DNA of 64,000 nucleotides from Candidatus Sumerlaeales bacterium (GCA_038243585.1 JBBSQY010000013.1:1-64000), one strand, 5' to 3'. Counted from the first letter of the stretch, positions 50,902-61,126 are shown. The notes: generated from the letters alone by a model not told the origin. Numbers and translations are program-made.

Positions 50902-50977
50902 TGGAGCGGGAGACGAGGCTCGAACTCGCGACATCAAGCTTGGAAGGCTAGTGCTCTACCAACTGAGCTACTCCCGC
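50902..50977 (-). tRNA. tRNA-Gly(TCC)
   Basis: Reverse complement GCGGGAGTAGCTCAGTTGGTAGAGCACTAGCCTTCCAAGCTTGATGTCGCGAGTTCGAGCCTCGTCTCCCGCTCCA; one mismatch in the anticodon stem. Confidence 0.95.
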
Positions 50978-51140
50978 TCACAACAGGCAATACTTCTACC
51001 GAGTGGGCATTTACACGGTGCTTGAACCGTCATTCAAAGAAACAACCGAATTGGAACTGAGAAACCTGGCCGCAGACGAAAAACTGTTGCAATTCGAAAA
51101 ATTATTTTCCAGTTTTTATTAAATCTTAAGGATGTATTCC

Positions 51141-52031
51141 ATGTTTTTAAAAGTGTTAGCCCTATCAGCAACAATGGTGTCTCTTTGCATTCCATGCCAC
51201 GCAGCTCCCATTCCAGAAGACGCAAAAGAAAATGGCTTTGCCACCGGCTGCCAGGCTTACAGCTTTAACCGATACACCTTATTTGAGGCCATCGAAAAAA
51301 CTGCAGAAGCCGGCGGCAAAATCATCGAACTTTATCCGGGTCAGAAGCTCAGTAAGGCCGAGCCTGAAACAGAGTGGAACCACCACGCCACCACGGAAAC
51401 CGTCAATAAGGTAAAAGAAAAATTAAAGCTGCACGGCGTAACCGTAGTCAATTACGGCGTTGTCTCCGGCAAGGATGCCGCCGAATGGCGGCAGATTTTT
51501 GAGCTGGCAAAAACACTGAACCTGTATGCGGTCACTACCGAAGACGTACAAAAACTCGATATTATCGAGCCGCTGGTTAAAGAGTATGATATCCGGATTG
51601 CCATTCACAACCATCCTCGCAAGATTGATAACCCTGATTATAAGGTGTGGGATCCACATTACGTTATGACAGCGATAAAAGACAGAGATTCTCGCATAGG
51701 GGCCTGTGCCGACACCGGTCACTGGATGACCTCAGGCATAAATCCTCTGTATGCGCTGCGCGCGCTGAGTGGTCGCGTAATCAGCAGCCACTTTAAAGAC
51801 AAGGGTGACTATGGCCCTGACAGCCACAACGTGGTTTTTGGGACAGGACGCGCCGAAATAGGGCGGTGCCTTGATGAGCTTCACAAACAAAAGTTTGACG
51901 GCCAGCTTTCCATTGAACACGAGTACGACTGGACCGCGAGCGTCCCCGATATTAAACGCTGCATCGATTTCGTTCGCAACCACAAGATAGGTTCCGCGAC
52001 GCCGGATGGCGAAACAACTGAAAAAGAATAG
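51141..52031 (+). CDS. secreted sugar phosphate isomerase/epimerase (xylose-isomerase-like TIM barrel)
   Basis: IAIHNH, CADTGHW, HFKD and SIEHE motifs; signal peptide. Confidence 0.88.
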   Translation: MFLKVLALSATMVSLCIPCHAAPIPEDAKENGFATGCQAYSFNRYTLFEAIEKTAEAGGKIIELYPGQKLSKAEPETEWNHHATTETVNKVKEKLKLHGVTVVNYGVVSGKDAAEWRQIFELAKTLNLYAVTTEDVQKLDIIEPLVKEYDIRIAIHNHPRKIDNPDYKVWDPHYVMTAIKDRDSRIGACADTGHWMTSGINPLYALRALSGRVISSHFKDKGDYGPDSHNVVFGTGRAEIGRCLDELHKQKFDGQLSIEHEYDWTASVPDIKRCIDFVRNHKIGSATPDGETTEKE

Positions 52032-52055
52032 TAACTGTTTCTTTGAGGACATGAA

Positions 52056-52755
52056 ATGCCCAGCCTGAATTCCGACGACTTCGAATTATTAACCTCCTTT
52101 CTCAGTCATTCTGAAGTCGAAGCGATTTGTAAATTTGATCGCTCAACACGGTAAGGATCAGGCGGGCTCTTCTGACGATTCGTTATTTACTGAACGCTAC
52201 CTCCTTTCAACAAGACCGGTGATTCGCGCTCTTGCGGTATCGACCTTGTGCATGCCTTTGGCAAAAAAGTTATTAGGAAGCAAGGCTCGAGCAGTCAAGG
52301 CGACATTGTTTAACAAAAACGCGAAGTCAAACTGGATTGTTCCTCCACATCAGGATGTAACGATTGCCGTAGAAAAACGGATTGATATCAAAGGCTTCGG
52401 CCCGTGGACCGAAAAATGTGGTGTAGTTAACGTTCAACCACCTGTTAGCATACTTCAGCAAATGCTGGCTTTTCGAGTCCACTTGGATGATTGCGACGCG
52501 GAAAATGGTGCCCTAAAAGTTTGGCCGGGGTCGCACGGGTATGGGCGGTTGCGGGATGACGGCATCGCCAATTGGATTCAGAACCATGATCCTGAAATCT
52601 TTCCGGTCCCGCGTGGCGGCTGCATGATCATGCGGCCATTGCTCATCCATGCATCTTCTAAAGCCATTAATCCCTCAAATAGGCGAGTCGTCCATATCGA
52701 ATATGCCGTTACTAATTTACCCGGAGGTCTACGTTGGCTGGACGAACTCGCATAA
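52056..52755 (+). pseudogene. phytanoyl-CoA dioxygenase (PhyH) family gene with an apparent +1 frameshift near 52131
   Basis: GAGGA RBS plus ATG 52056 gives MPSLNSDDFELLTSFLSHSEVEAICK, stopping at 52154. The catalytic part (HQD, NGALKV.PGSH, HAS, RRVVH) lies in the next frame. Confidence 0.6.
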
Positions 52756-52839
52756 AACTATCAGCGTCCCTCTGGGACTCAGCGTCTCTGCGTTAAAATA
52801 TTTCCTCGCCTGACAGAATTCAGCTTCAGCCCCAGGTCA

Positions 52840-54567
52840 TTATCCCGTCTTCGCCCCGGCCGGCTTTGCCAATAACTTCTCTGCGAACTTCCGCGAAGTC
52901 TCATCCACTTGGGCCCCGCTCAGCATTTGAGCCAAGGCCGTCGTTCTACTATCGCCCTCGACGACCCTCACCGCCGTAATAGTCCGATCCTTTACCGCTG
53001 TTTTTTCCACAACCAGGTGCCGTGCGCCGCGCGCTGCGACCTGCGGCAAATGCGTAATACAGATAATCTGGTGAGACGACGACAAAATTTCAAGCCTGTC
53101 CCCCACCCGCGCCGCCGCTTCACCACTTATGCCGGTGTCAATCTCATCAAACACAAGGGTCGGTATCTGATCGCGCTGGGCCAGCACGCTTTTAATTGCC
53201 AACATGATCCGAGAAATTTCCCCCCCGCTGGCTACTTTGCGCATTGGTCGAGGTACCTCGCCTGCATTAAGACTCACTAGAAACTCACAAATATCCATTC
53301 CTGTAGCCCCAAATTTTTGCCCACCGCTACTATCTAAAGCTTCCGGTGTCACAGCCTCTAAACTGATTTTAAGTACAGCCTTTGGCAGTTCCAGTTCACG
53401 CATTGCGCCCTGCACCCTGTCATCAAATTCCACACCAGCTTTTTTGCGAGCGGCTGAAAGTATAACACTCGTATTGTTTACGCTTTCCTCTGCGGCCTTC
53501 AGGTTCGTAGTCGCTTCCTCTAAGGAAGAGCCGTGATTTATAATATCGTCTAACTCTGCCGCCAGTTTTTCCGCAGTGGAAAGTACAGCTTCCAGTGTAG
53601 ACCCGTATTTGCGCTTCAGGCTGCGAAGCAGTTCCAGACGATTCTCAATCTCTTCAAGACGATGCGGATCCCCTGCCACAATTTCCGAGTAATGCCGCAC
53701 TCTTTCAGCAAGATCTTCCACGGCAAATCGCGCGGATTCTGCCTCCGTCGCCATAGATTCCTGACCCGGATCAAGAACCGCCATTTCCTGGAGAAGGCGC
53801 GAAGCCGCACCCACCTGCGTTATAACCGGGTTTTCGTGACGATCTCCCTCGTAAAGCATGTCATACACATCAGAGCAAATAATCCGCAAGCGCTCCGCAT
53901 TATGCAAACGGCGGCGCTCGGTATCCAGAACGGTATCTTCCCCAGCCTTGATCTCCGCCTGGAAGATTTCCTGAACCTGAAACTCAAGAAAATCCTTTCG
54001 CCGCTGAGAGTCGCCCTGATCGGACGACAGTTGATCAAATCGCTCTCGGGAAAGACGCCATTCCGCATATGCAGCGCGGTACTCGGTCAATTCTTTGGAG
54101 TATTCGCCAAAGCTGTCCAGAACCTGCAATTGCACTGCCGGAGAATGAAGGCGCGAGTGATCGTTTTGTCCGTGCATATCAACTAACAAGGCACCAAGTT
54201 CCTTAAGTTGCGATACACTCGCGGCGCGCCCGTTTATAAATGTACGCGAAGAGCCGCCGGCCAGCAGATCCCGACGTAAAATAAGCGTATCCGCCTCATC
54301 CGCATCATCGGGAGCGAAACTATTTTCATTGAGCCAGTGAATGATACTCTCTGACAACTGATGAAAGATACCCTCAATACCGGCCCTTTTGGCTCCAGAT
54401 CGAATCATGTCAGTAGTAGCCCGCCCGCCTAGAAGGACGCGGAACGCGCCAAGCAGTATAGATTTCCCTGCTCCAGTTTCCCCAGTGATTACGGTCAGAG
54501 CTGGACCAAACTCCACATCCAGCTGATCAATGATCGCATAATTTGTAATGCGTAGCGCTTCCAGCAT
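52840..54567 (-). CDS. recN: DNA repair protein RecN
   Basis: TGETGAGKS, HGQ, ASGGEISR, FDEIDTG and ITHLPQVAA motifs. Confidence 0.97.
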   Translation of the reverse strand: MLEALRITNYAIIDQLDVEFGPALTVITGETGAGKSILLGAFRVLLGGRATTDMIRSGAKRAGIEGIFHQLSESIIHWLNENSFAPDDADEADTLILRRDLLAGGSSRTFINGRAASVSQLKELGALLVDMHGQNDHSRLHSPAVQLQVLDSFGEYSKELTEYRAAYAEWRLSRERFDQLSSDQGDSQRRKDFLEFQVQEIFQAEIKAGEDTVLDTERRRLHNAERLRIICSDVYDMLYEGDRHENPVITQVGAASRLLQEMAVLDPGQESMATEAESARFAVEDLAERVRHYSEIVAGDPHRLEEIENRLELLRSLKRKYGSTLEAVLSTAEKLAAELDDIINHGSSLEEATTNLKAAEESVNNTSVILSAARKKAGVEFDDRVQGAMRELELPKAVLKISLEAVTPEALDSSGGQKFGATGMDICEFLVSLNAGEVPRPMRKVASGGEISRIMLAIKSVLAQRDQIPTLVFDEIDTGISGEAAARVGDRLEILSSSHQIICITHLPQVAARGARHLVVEKTAVKDRTITAVRVVEGDSRTTALAQMLSGAQVDETSRKFAEKLLAKPAGAKTG

Positions 54568-54703
54568 GTGTGCGAAATCAACCTTTGCTATTTTTCCAAA
54601 ACCAACCAGTTATTCGTACACTTCGAGGCTGCACGCCATGCTCAGAAGCGGCAAATTCAGCAACCCGTTTATGACAGAAGAGCACCTTCATACCATGTTT
54701 TCA

Positions 54704-57481
54704 CTATGAACGTATAATCTGGCTTATCTGATCAGCGGTGATAGACACTGTCGGCTGGAAGCTCTCGGACTTCATGTAAGCCAAAAGGCTATGCAGCATT
54801 TGCCTGCATACCGGGTCGCAGGTTGCTCCATCTTTTAAGTCTATGCTGCTAACCAGTAATTTCCCGCCATCTATTTCGCACTCGAATATCAACCCCAGGC
54901 GTCGGGCGGTGAACCAATCATCGATGACTTGAACGATGGGTTTTATTTCCCTTGGAAGCAGGTTCATTATCATCGATCTTGAACGCTGAATTATATACCA
55001 CCATTGCCAATCGCTGTGATAGTCCGTAGGAAAATGAGCGAGGGCCGGATGTGATGGGTCACAGAGAATCCCAAGCGTATGGGGTTTTTGTCCCTGGGTC
55101 CAGGCGGTGTTCCAAAAGATACTGGAAAACCCCGGCGGAACCTGTCCTCGCTCGTCCCCAAGTATGCAATCATTATCGGGCATGAGCAGCACCTTACGCC
55201 CGGCCTGCAACTGCGCGCGGCAGGATTCGTTTAAAGCAGATGCAATATGAACTTCATTCGACGAATCGATCTCGATGTTTGGTGGGTAAACCCAAATATC
55301 CCACGAGTTGCTTGGGCCTCCAACTGGGAGATTCACCTCAAAGGTCAGCCTTCGCGCCGCGGATTCATCCTTCAGGATTTGACGAATTTCCCCAAGCCGG
55401 CGTAGCGCGCCCGTGGGCAGAAAGCCAATTTCCAGAGTTCCCGAGTAAATTGTAATTTCGTTTTCAGAAAGCTTCCACGTCAGCTCTCCCGCAGGGACGT
55501 CATCAGCACCAAATTGGGCCACAAGAAGATCAGCCGAGAATGCCTCTCCATTCGTAAAAATACGCTTTTCCAACCGCGCTAAAGGGACTACTGGACCGGC
55601 GAAGCTCCTATATTCTTCTGGAGCGATATAACCCTTTTCATCCCAAAAAGGGTCCAAAACTCCAACAATAGCGGTGCCCTGACCAGGGAAATCGTGTAGA
55701 CCAAGCAGTTGGAATCCTCCCATACCCGGCGTTCTTAATGCAGATTCGATCTCCTCTTTATAACATAAAGACTGCAGTTTTCCCGAAGCCATTAAAAAGT
55801 CGCGGGCCTGATCGCTCATGCCAGACTCTTCCAAAAAGTCGCGAAATATCTCCAGATTACCCGGCTTTAAAGTTCCCGTGTATTTTGAGATTTCGTCAAA
55901 ATTTGGATACACGCACCATTGCCCTACCTCGTGAGAAATGACCGGCGCGGAATACTGGCTGAGATAGTCCGAATAGTCCGTCATCGTCTCCGGTGGGCTT
56001 GCATTGATGCGGCTTTCCAGATTTTGATCCCAGTACTGAATGCGCGGATTGGCCCAAACCTGAAACTGGTTTTCCGGGATGAGAGGCCAGGCCGTGCCGG
56101 AGCTGAAAAGCCGCCTCGAATCCCGTTGCTTATAGTGATTAACAAACTCGGCCAAAAAGGTAGCCGCGCGAAAGCCGTAGGGTTCATTTCCATACAACAT
56201 CATACAGAAGGAGGGGTGATTGCCGTATTCCCGAAGGATGTGGTCAGCCTCCTGGTAAAGCCATTGCTCATACTTTTCGTCGAAACCGACGGTCGCCCAG
56301 GAGGCGCATTCGACTGAGAAAATAACCCCCTCTTCGTCGGCAGCCGCAAATGCCGCCTCAGGCGGGCACCATGAATGAAACCGCATATGATTTAGACCAT
56401 GCGTTTTTAGGATGCGCAATATACGTGTCCATGAAGGCTTATCTGTGGAAGGGTAACCCGTTAGCGGGAATACACAACACTCAAGTGTGCCGCGTAGAAA
56501 AACTGGTTTGCCATTAAGAAAAAATCCGCCACCGCGAGCCTTAAACTGGCGAAAACCAAAGGTGATGTTTTTTTGATCAAGCAGCTCATTTTCGGAAAAA
56601 AGCTTCACCTCCATTGCGTAGAGAGCAGGCTGGAACTCATCCCAATCAGTGATGGAAGCGACTAATGCAATATCAGCCCGAACGGAAGCCGTTTCCTGAT
56701 AGCAACTTACCTCGATTTCTGCAACCTCCGAAACAACTTTTCCGGAGGCTAGATCGCGCACACTAATCTGAGCCCTGATCGGAATAACGTTCATGGCCAC
56801 GCCGGCCAATAATATGGTTGCCCCCACGGACTTATTGTCTGCTGCTGGATAAACCTGCACATCATCGATTCTAAGGTTCTCAGCAACCCGCAGGCTAATC
56901 TCGCCGACAATTCCGTTCCAATTTGTCTGAGAATGGTCACTTATGCTATGGGCGTCTTCGCCAACGTCCACATACATACGATTATCCACTAGAATAGTGA
57001 CTTGATGAGTCCCGGGATCGAGCGCCCCCAGCAGATGTCGATGCGGTGTACTGAGACTGACTTGCAAACCGATCGCAAGGCCGTTGATCCACACTTCCGT
57101 TGTCCAGTGCGGCCGCTCCAATATAAGAATTACTTGCTTGCCAGCCCACTCTTCTGGCACAATGATGGCCCGCTGATACCAAGCGGCGCCAATATAATGT
57201 TTCAGGGGCGTTAACCAGAACGGGAGTTTTAACTTACCCGCTTCTCGATACGTCTCATATCGATTTTCCGTAAAAAAACTGGTATCCCGGATACGGCCCG
57301 TCCACGACGTTTCCAGAGAAACATCGTTTCCTTTTCCGTTCTCGGTCATTGATCCCGGCAGGTTTATCTGTTCCGCCGTAAGTGTACGATCGAACCACTG
57401 TTCCATGATCCCCTTGTCTTCAGGGTCTGTGGCAAAGCGCCAACTGCCGGCTAAGGAATAAATTCCTGTATCTGCATTCAT
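54704..57481 (-). CDS. glycoside hydrolase family 2 protein
   Basis: AWYQR, LERPHW, FGFRQF, RFHSWCPP, GNE and HE motifs. Confidence 0.9.
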   Translation of the reverse strand: MNADTGIYSLAGSWRFATDPEDKGIMEQWFDRTLTAEQINLPGSMTENGKGNDVSLETSWTGRIRDTSFFTENRYETYREAGKLKLPFWLTPLKHYIGAAWYQRAIIVPEEWAGKQVILILERPHWTTEVWINGLAIGLQVSLSTPHRHLLGALDPGTHQVTILVDNRMYVDVGEDAHSISDHSQTNWNGIVGEISLRVAENLRIDDVQVYPAADNKSVGATILLAGVAMNVIPIRAQISVRDLASGKVVSEVAEIEVSCYQETASVRADIALVASITDWDEFQPALYAMEVKLFSENELLDQKNITFGFRQFKARGGGFFLNGKPVFLRGTLECCVFPLTGYPSTDKPSWTRILRILKTHGLNHMRFHSWCPPEAAFAAADEEGVIFSVECASWATVGFDEKYEQWLYQEADHILREYGNHPSFCMMLYGNEPYGFRAATFLAEFVNHYKQRDSRRLFSSGTAWPLIPENQFQVWANPRIQYWDQNLESRINASPPETMTDYSDYLSQYSAPVISHEVGQWCVYPNFDEISKYTGTLKPGNLEIFRDFLEESGMSDQARDFLMASGKLQSLCYKEEIESALRTPGMGGFQLLGLHDFPGQGTAIVGVLDPFWDEKGYIAPEEYRSFAGPVVPLARLEKRIFTNGEAFSADLLVAQFGADDVPAGELTWKLSENEITIYSGTLEIGFLPTGALRRLGEIRQILKDESAARRLTFEVNLPVGGPSNSWDIWVYPPNIEIDSSNEVHIASALNESCRAQLQAGRKVLLMPDNDCILGDERGQVPPGFSSIFWNTAWTQGQKPHTLGILCDPSHPALAHFPTDYHSDWQWWYIIQRSRSMIMNLLPREIKPIVQVIDDWFTARRLGLIFECEIDGGKLLVSSIDLKDGATCDPVCRQMLHSLLAYMKSESFQPTVSITADQISQIIRS

Positions 57482-57586
57482 TGTGGATTCTGTCTACGTG
57501 CAAAAAAACGAAATGGTTTTGTGAGGGAGCATTAAACCAGATGGTTAAGATGTTTCCGTGGAAATTGAGAAGCTAAATAAATAACG

Positions 57587-58084
57587 TTAAAACTGCACGG
57601 ATAAGTCGTCCGCAGTGCCTGGTTTACCATCTGGCCCGTTGGAACTAATACTGTGCATTGCCTGCCGGCCTGCCCCCTGCACAACATATCGATAAAGATT
57701 ACCCCAAGGATCAGTCAATGCCGCTCGGAAATTATTGGAACTGATGTAAGGACCCCGCCAGTTACGTGCGCCTGGCGGGGGGGTAAGCAGTGCGCCGAGG
57801 CCCTCTGCAGCTGTTGGCATTCGGCCCATATCCGCAGAAAACGCTCCAAAAGCCCTTTGTATTCCTGAAAGACTGGCTCCTGTCGCGGTCGGACGTGCAC
57901 CAGAAAAATGCCTTCCAGAAGAGATGCCAGAAACAACGGGAATAACAGCAGATGATGCAGCAACGCCAGTGTTTGTAGAGGACTGATAGGATCGGCTAGT
58001 CATCTGTGCGGTTGCAAAGTTGCTGATGGAAAAGACACACACGATTACAACTAGCTTAAGGAAACCAATATAAAAAGATTTCAT
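57587..58084 (-). CDS. T2SS GspG-domain protein without a prepilin N-methylation leader
   Basis: MPTAAEGLGALL, WRGPY, DPWGNLYRY and SNGPDGKPGTADD; the N-terminus is Sec-type (ATA|Q). Confidence 0.8.
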   Translation of the reverse strand: MKSFYIGFLKLVVIVCVFSISNFATAQMTSRSYQSSTNTGVAASSAVIPVVSGISSGRHFSGARPTATGASLSGIQRAFGAFSADMGRMPTAAEGLGALLTPPPGARNWRGPYISSNNFRAALTDPWGNLYRYVVQGAGRQAMHSISSNGPDGKPGTADDLSVQF

Positions 58085-58184
58085 CCTGAAAAGTATCTCC
58101 GTTTGATTTTCTGTAAGTATATAACCAAAGCACATACTAGAAATTATTGGACAAACATTCCAGTCTAACGCCGATTCCTTTAAG

Positions 58185-59252
58185 TTAAAACGGACTAGCT
58201 TCTCCCGAAGGTCCAGCCTTTATGTCACCAGCCAAGCCAGGGTAAATAAGATATATTCGATCCATTCCCTGCCCGTTCTCTACGTAAGCTGCGACCCGGT
58301 TACCGCCCGACCCACCGGTGGCGTCCCGAAGCACATGATACGTGCGCTCCAAATCGTTGACATTCTGTTTGTCTTCTCCAACATAGCGCATAACGCGCTC
58401 CATGCCTTTAGACATTCCTAATATCCGATGCTTGGAAACAAGGCTATACTCAACCTCTCCACGGTCATTTTTTCGCGAATCCAGACGCACATTACCAGAT
58501 CCAAGCTTTATTCCATTCCATGAAAAGCCGGACTCCTGATCAATTGTCAGCTGCGGCGCGCGACGATCCGTTTGGCTCGTAGACGCACCAGACGCTGAAC
58601 CTTCCCCTGCAACCGCGGCAACCCCAAGGCGTTCAGTAACCACCTGCACGTCAGAATCAATATTAGCGGTCGCGTTCAGCTTTTTCAACACCTGCCCAGC
58701 CACATCTCTGAGAGATTCTCTACACCCTGTGCCGTCTGTCGCCACAGCTTCATAGTCCGGATACTTTCCGCCCGGGTTCAGTGCCTGACGCAACTCGTCC
58801 AACGGAAGCGCATCCGGCAAGTCTCGCTTGTTATACTGCATGACGAACGGAATCGTTTCCAGATCCAAGCCATAATCCCGCAGATTTTCCTCAAGGTTCT
58901 TAAGGCTGTCGATGCTGTCTTGGAACCGACTAGCTTGGCTGTCGGCCACAAATACGATTCCGTCAACCCCGCGTAATACAAGCTTCCGCGTCGCGTTATA
59001 GTAAACCTGTCCGGGAACCGTATAAAGCTGAAACTTTGTCTTGAAACCTTTTACGTCACCAATATCCAAAGGCAAAAAATCGAAAAACAGAGTACGATCC
59101 TGCTCTGTTGCTAAAGAAACCAGTTCTCCACGATGTTTTGCCGGCACATTCCCATGCACATAATGAAGGTTTGTAGTTTTGCCCCCGGCGCCCGGGCCGT
59201 AATAAACAATTTTACAAGTAATCTCTTTAAAGGCGTAATTAATGGATGGCAT
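58185..59252 (-). CDS. mglA: MglA-family small GTPase with a C-terminal extension
   Basis: KIVYYGPGAGGKTTNL, RTLFFDFL, TVPGQ and NKRD motifs; start MPSINY. Confidence 0.9.
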   Translation of the reverse strand: MPSINYAFKEITCKIVYYGPGAGGKTTNLHYVHGNVPAKHRGELVSLATEQDRTLFFDFLPLDIGDVKGFKTKFQLYTVPGQVYYNATRKLVLRGVDGIVFVADSQASRFQDSIDSLKNLEENLRDYGLDLETIPFVMQYNKRDLPDALPLDELRQALNPGGKYPDYEAVATDGTGCRESLRDVAGQVLKKLNATANIDSDVQVVTERLGVAAVAGEGSASGASTSQTDRRAPQLTIDQESGFSWNGIKLGSGNVRLDSRKNDRGEVEYSLVSKHRILGMSKGMERVMRYVGEDKQNVNDLERTYHVLRDATGGSGGNRVAAYVENGQGMDRIYLIYPGLAGDIKAGPSGEASPF

Positions 59253-59404
59253 GAGCTTTGATCGCATCCCTTCGGATAACTTACTGTGTTTGCCTGTCGA
59301 TGGTCAGCCTGCAAACGCAGTTAATACAATCGAGTAGTATCGCCCCAATCCCTTGTGGCAAGCAATAAATTTGCTTTCCTTTCGTGCGGCGATCCACAAT
59401 CGAT

Positions 59405-59863
59405 TCATCGATCTTTTTGCATCAGGACTTGCAATTCATGATTAAACTCGCTGATATCTCGAAACTGGCGATAGACGCTGGCGAAGCGCACATAAGCCAC
59501 CTCGTCAATTTCACGAATCTGTTTTAATACCATCTCCCCTATTTTTAAAGAACTTACCTCTTTTTCCATCTGGTTATACAATTCCTTTTCCACGGATTGT
59601 ATAACGCGCTCCACCTGGTCTACGGTAACTGGCCGTTTTTCACAGGAGTGAAGTATGCCTTTTATAATTTTTTCCCGATCAAACGCCTCCCGCTTGCCGT
59701 CTCGCTTAACCACTACTATCGGTGTTTTTTCTATCATTTCAAACGAGGTGAACCTGTGAGAACATTCCAGGCACTCACGACGGCGACGTATTGCGTCCCC
59801 GCGTGGGTTTTGTCGTGAATTAACCACCTTGCTTTCGAGGTGACCGCAAAAGGGGCACAACAT
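59405..59863 (-). CDS. nrdR: transcriptional repressor NrdR
   Basis: CPFC, RRRRECLEC..RFTSFE, ATP-cone and AYVRFASVYR. Confidence 0.97.
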   Translation of the reverse strand: MLCPFCGHLESKVVNSRQNPRGDAIRRRRECLECSHRFTSFEMIEKTPIVVVKRDGKREAFDREKIIKGILHSCEKRPVTVDQVERVIQSVEKELYNQMEKEVSSLKIGEMVLKQIREIDEVAYVRFASVYRQFRDISEFNHELQVLMQKDR

Positions 59864-60007
59864 CTGGCGCAGCCTCCTGGCTGAAGATACATTATGTATA
59901 TCTTCCAAGTGAGCGAACTTTACACGTCAATCAAATTTCCTCCGGAAGGTATAGCACATTTGCCGCCTCAAAAGCGGCAAATTCCCAACCGTACCAGGAG
60001 AAACCTT

Positions 60008-60742
60008 ATGCCTGACTCCAATTTCACACACGTGCTGTTTGACGCTGGAGGCACCCTTCTCGGTACAAACACGAGTTCAGAATTCTGGTTCGAGCAATTT
60101 TTTGTGGACGCTTGCGCAGAACAGGGTTGCGTAGTCACTGTCCACGATGTGCATGAAGTTTTGCGAAACGCCCTGCGCTCCCGCCATTTCGATACGCGCT
60201 GTTCTTCCAATGAGCAGTCAAGAAAGTTTTGGCTGCACATTTACCACGCCGCCTTTTCCGATCTGTTGGGCGCCAAGGCCATGAATCAGCATACGCCCGC
60301 ATACATTGAGCACCTTGCGGCGGATTACATTGACAGATTTCAGGATGGAGAGTTCGTCCGTCTTTTCCCTGATGCCCGACAGGCCCTCGAAACCGTCAAG
60401 GCACGGGGACTGAAAATGGGAATTGTATCAAACTTCAGCACCTACCTGGTAGATTTTCTCAGCAAGCTTGAAATAGAAGAATTTTTCGATTTTGTCATAA
60501 CCAGCGCCGCTGAAGGCTGCGAAAAACCCGGAGGTGATATTTTCCGTCTGGCAATTTCCCGGTGCGATGGCTCATCTGCAGAGCAGATACTTTTTATCGG
60601 AGATAGTCCTGAAGAAGATTACCGCCCTGCTCTCCTACATGGCATGGTCCCCCTGCTAATCGATCGTCATGACCGTCATGCGGACCAGATTGATCTAACC
60701 CGAATTAAAAGTCTTTCTCAGATTCAAGAATTCCTGAGTTAA
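60008..60742 (+). CDS. HAD-IA family hydrolase
   Basis: FDAGGTL, IVSN, EKP and IGDS...D motifs. Confidence 0.9.
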   Translation: MPDSNFTHVLFDAGGTLLGTNTSSEFWFEQFFVDACAEQGCVVTVHDVHEVLRNALRSRHFDTRCSSNEQSRKFWLHIYHAAFSDLLGAKAMNQHTPAYIEHLAADYIDRFQDGEFVRLFPDARQALETVKARGLKMGIVSNFSTYLVDFLSKLEIEEFFDFVITSAAEGCEKPGGDIFRLAISRCDGSSAEQILFIGDSPEEDYRPALLHGMVPLLIDRHDRHADQIDLTRIKSLSQIQEFLS

Positions 60743-60753
60743 ACAAAAACGGC

Positions 60754-60762
60754 TGATATAAT
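60754..60762 (+). promoter_or_regulatory. putative extended -10 promoter
   Basis: TGATATAAT (TGnTATAAT) 12 nt before the first hairpin of the structured intergenic region. Confidence 0.45.
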
Positions 60763-60769
60763 TATTAAA

Positions 60770-60934
60770 TAAGCGGGGGGCCGGCTTCCTCGCGCTTGAA
60801 CCCGGTCCCCCATTCTGCGGCTTCCCTCTCGCAGAAAATAAACTGGCGGTTGATGTCGCGTATGTCTGCGCCATTCCTTAAGTTAGGTAACAAGATACGG
60901 TCCCACTGGTCTTTAGCCTGCCGGTTATGCGCTA
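60770..60934 (+). ncRNA. putative structured non-coding RNA (family unassigned; strand tentative)
   Basis: Three hairpins at 60775-60811, 60813-60836 and 60844-60873 plus 5'/3' complementarity; G-U pairs favour the + strand. Confidence 0.45.
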
Positions 60935-61126
60935 AACTCGGTCGTGACAGCATTTAGTAAGTGGATTAGTCAATTGACATTCTGGAGACTGCGTACGAAA
61001 TGGTACGTCTATTCTATCTTGGCACTCGATTTGGAACGTGTTTTGAATGGGTCCCATTTACTTTTGATTTTATTCCGGCCGCTGCGGACTTGTGTAAAAT
61101 CCTCAAAGCTGCCGCGTTCCGGCAGG

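Noticed and set aside
45187..50977. Genomic island integrated at tRNA-Arg or tRNA-Gly
   Set aside because: I noticed no integrase and no duplicated tRNA 3' end, and the intervening genes are core functions.
60765..60953. 62-aa minus-strand ORF in the structured intergenic region
   Set aside because: It has no RBS or motif; the region is better explained by RNA structure.
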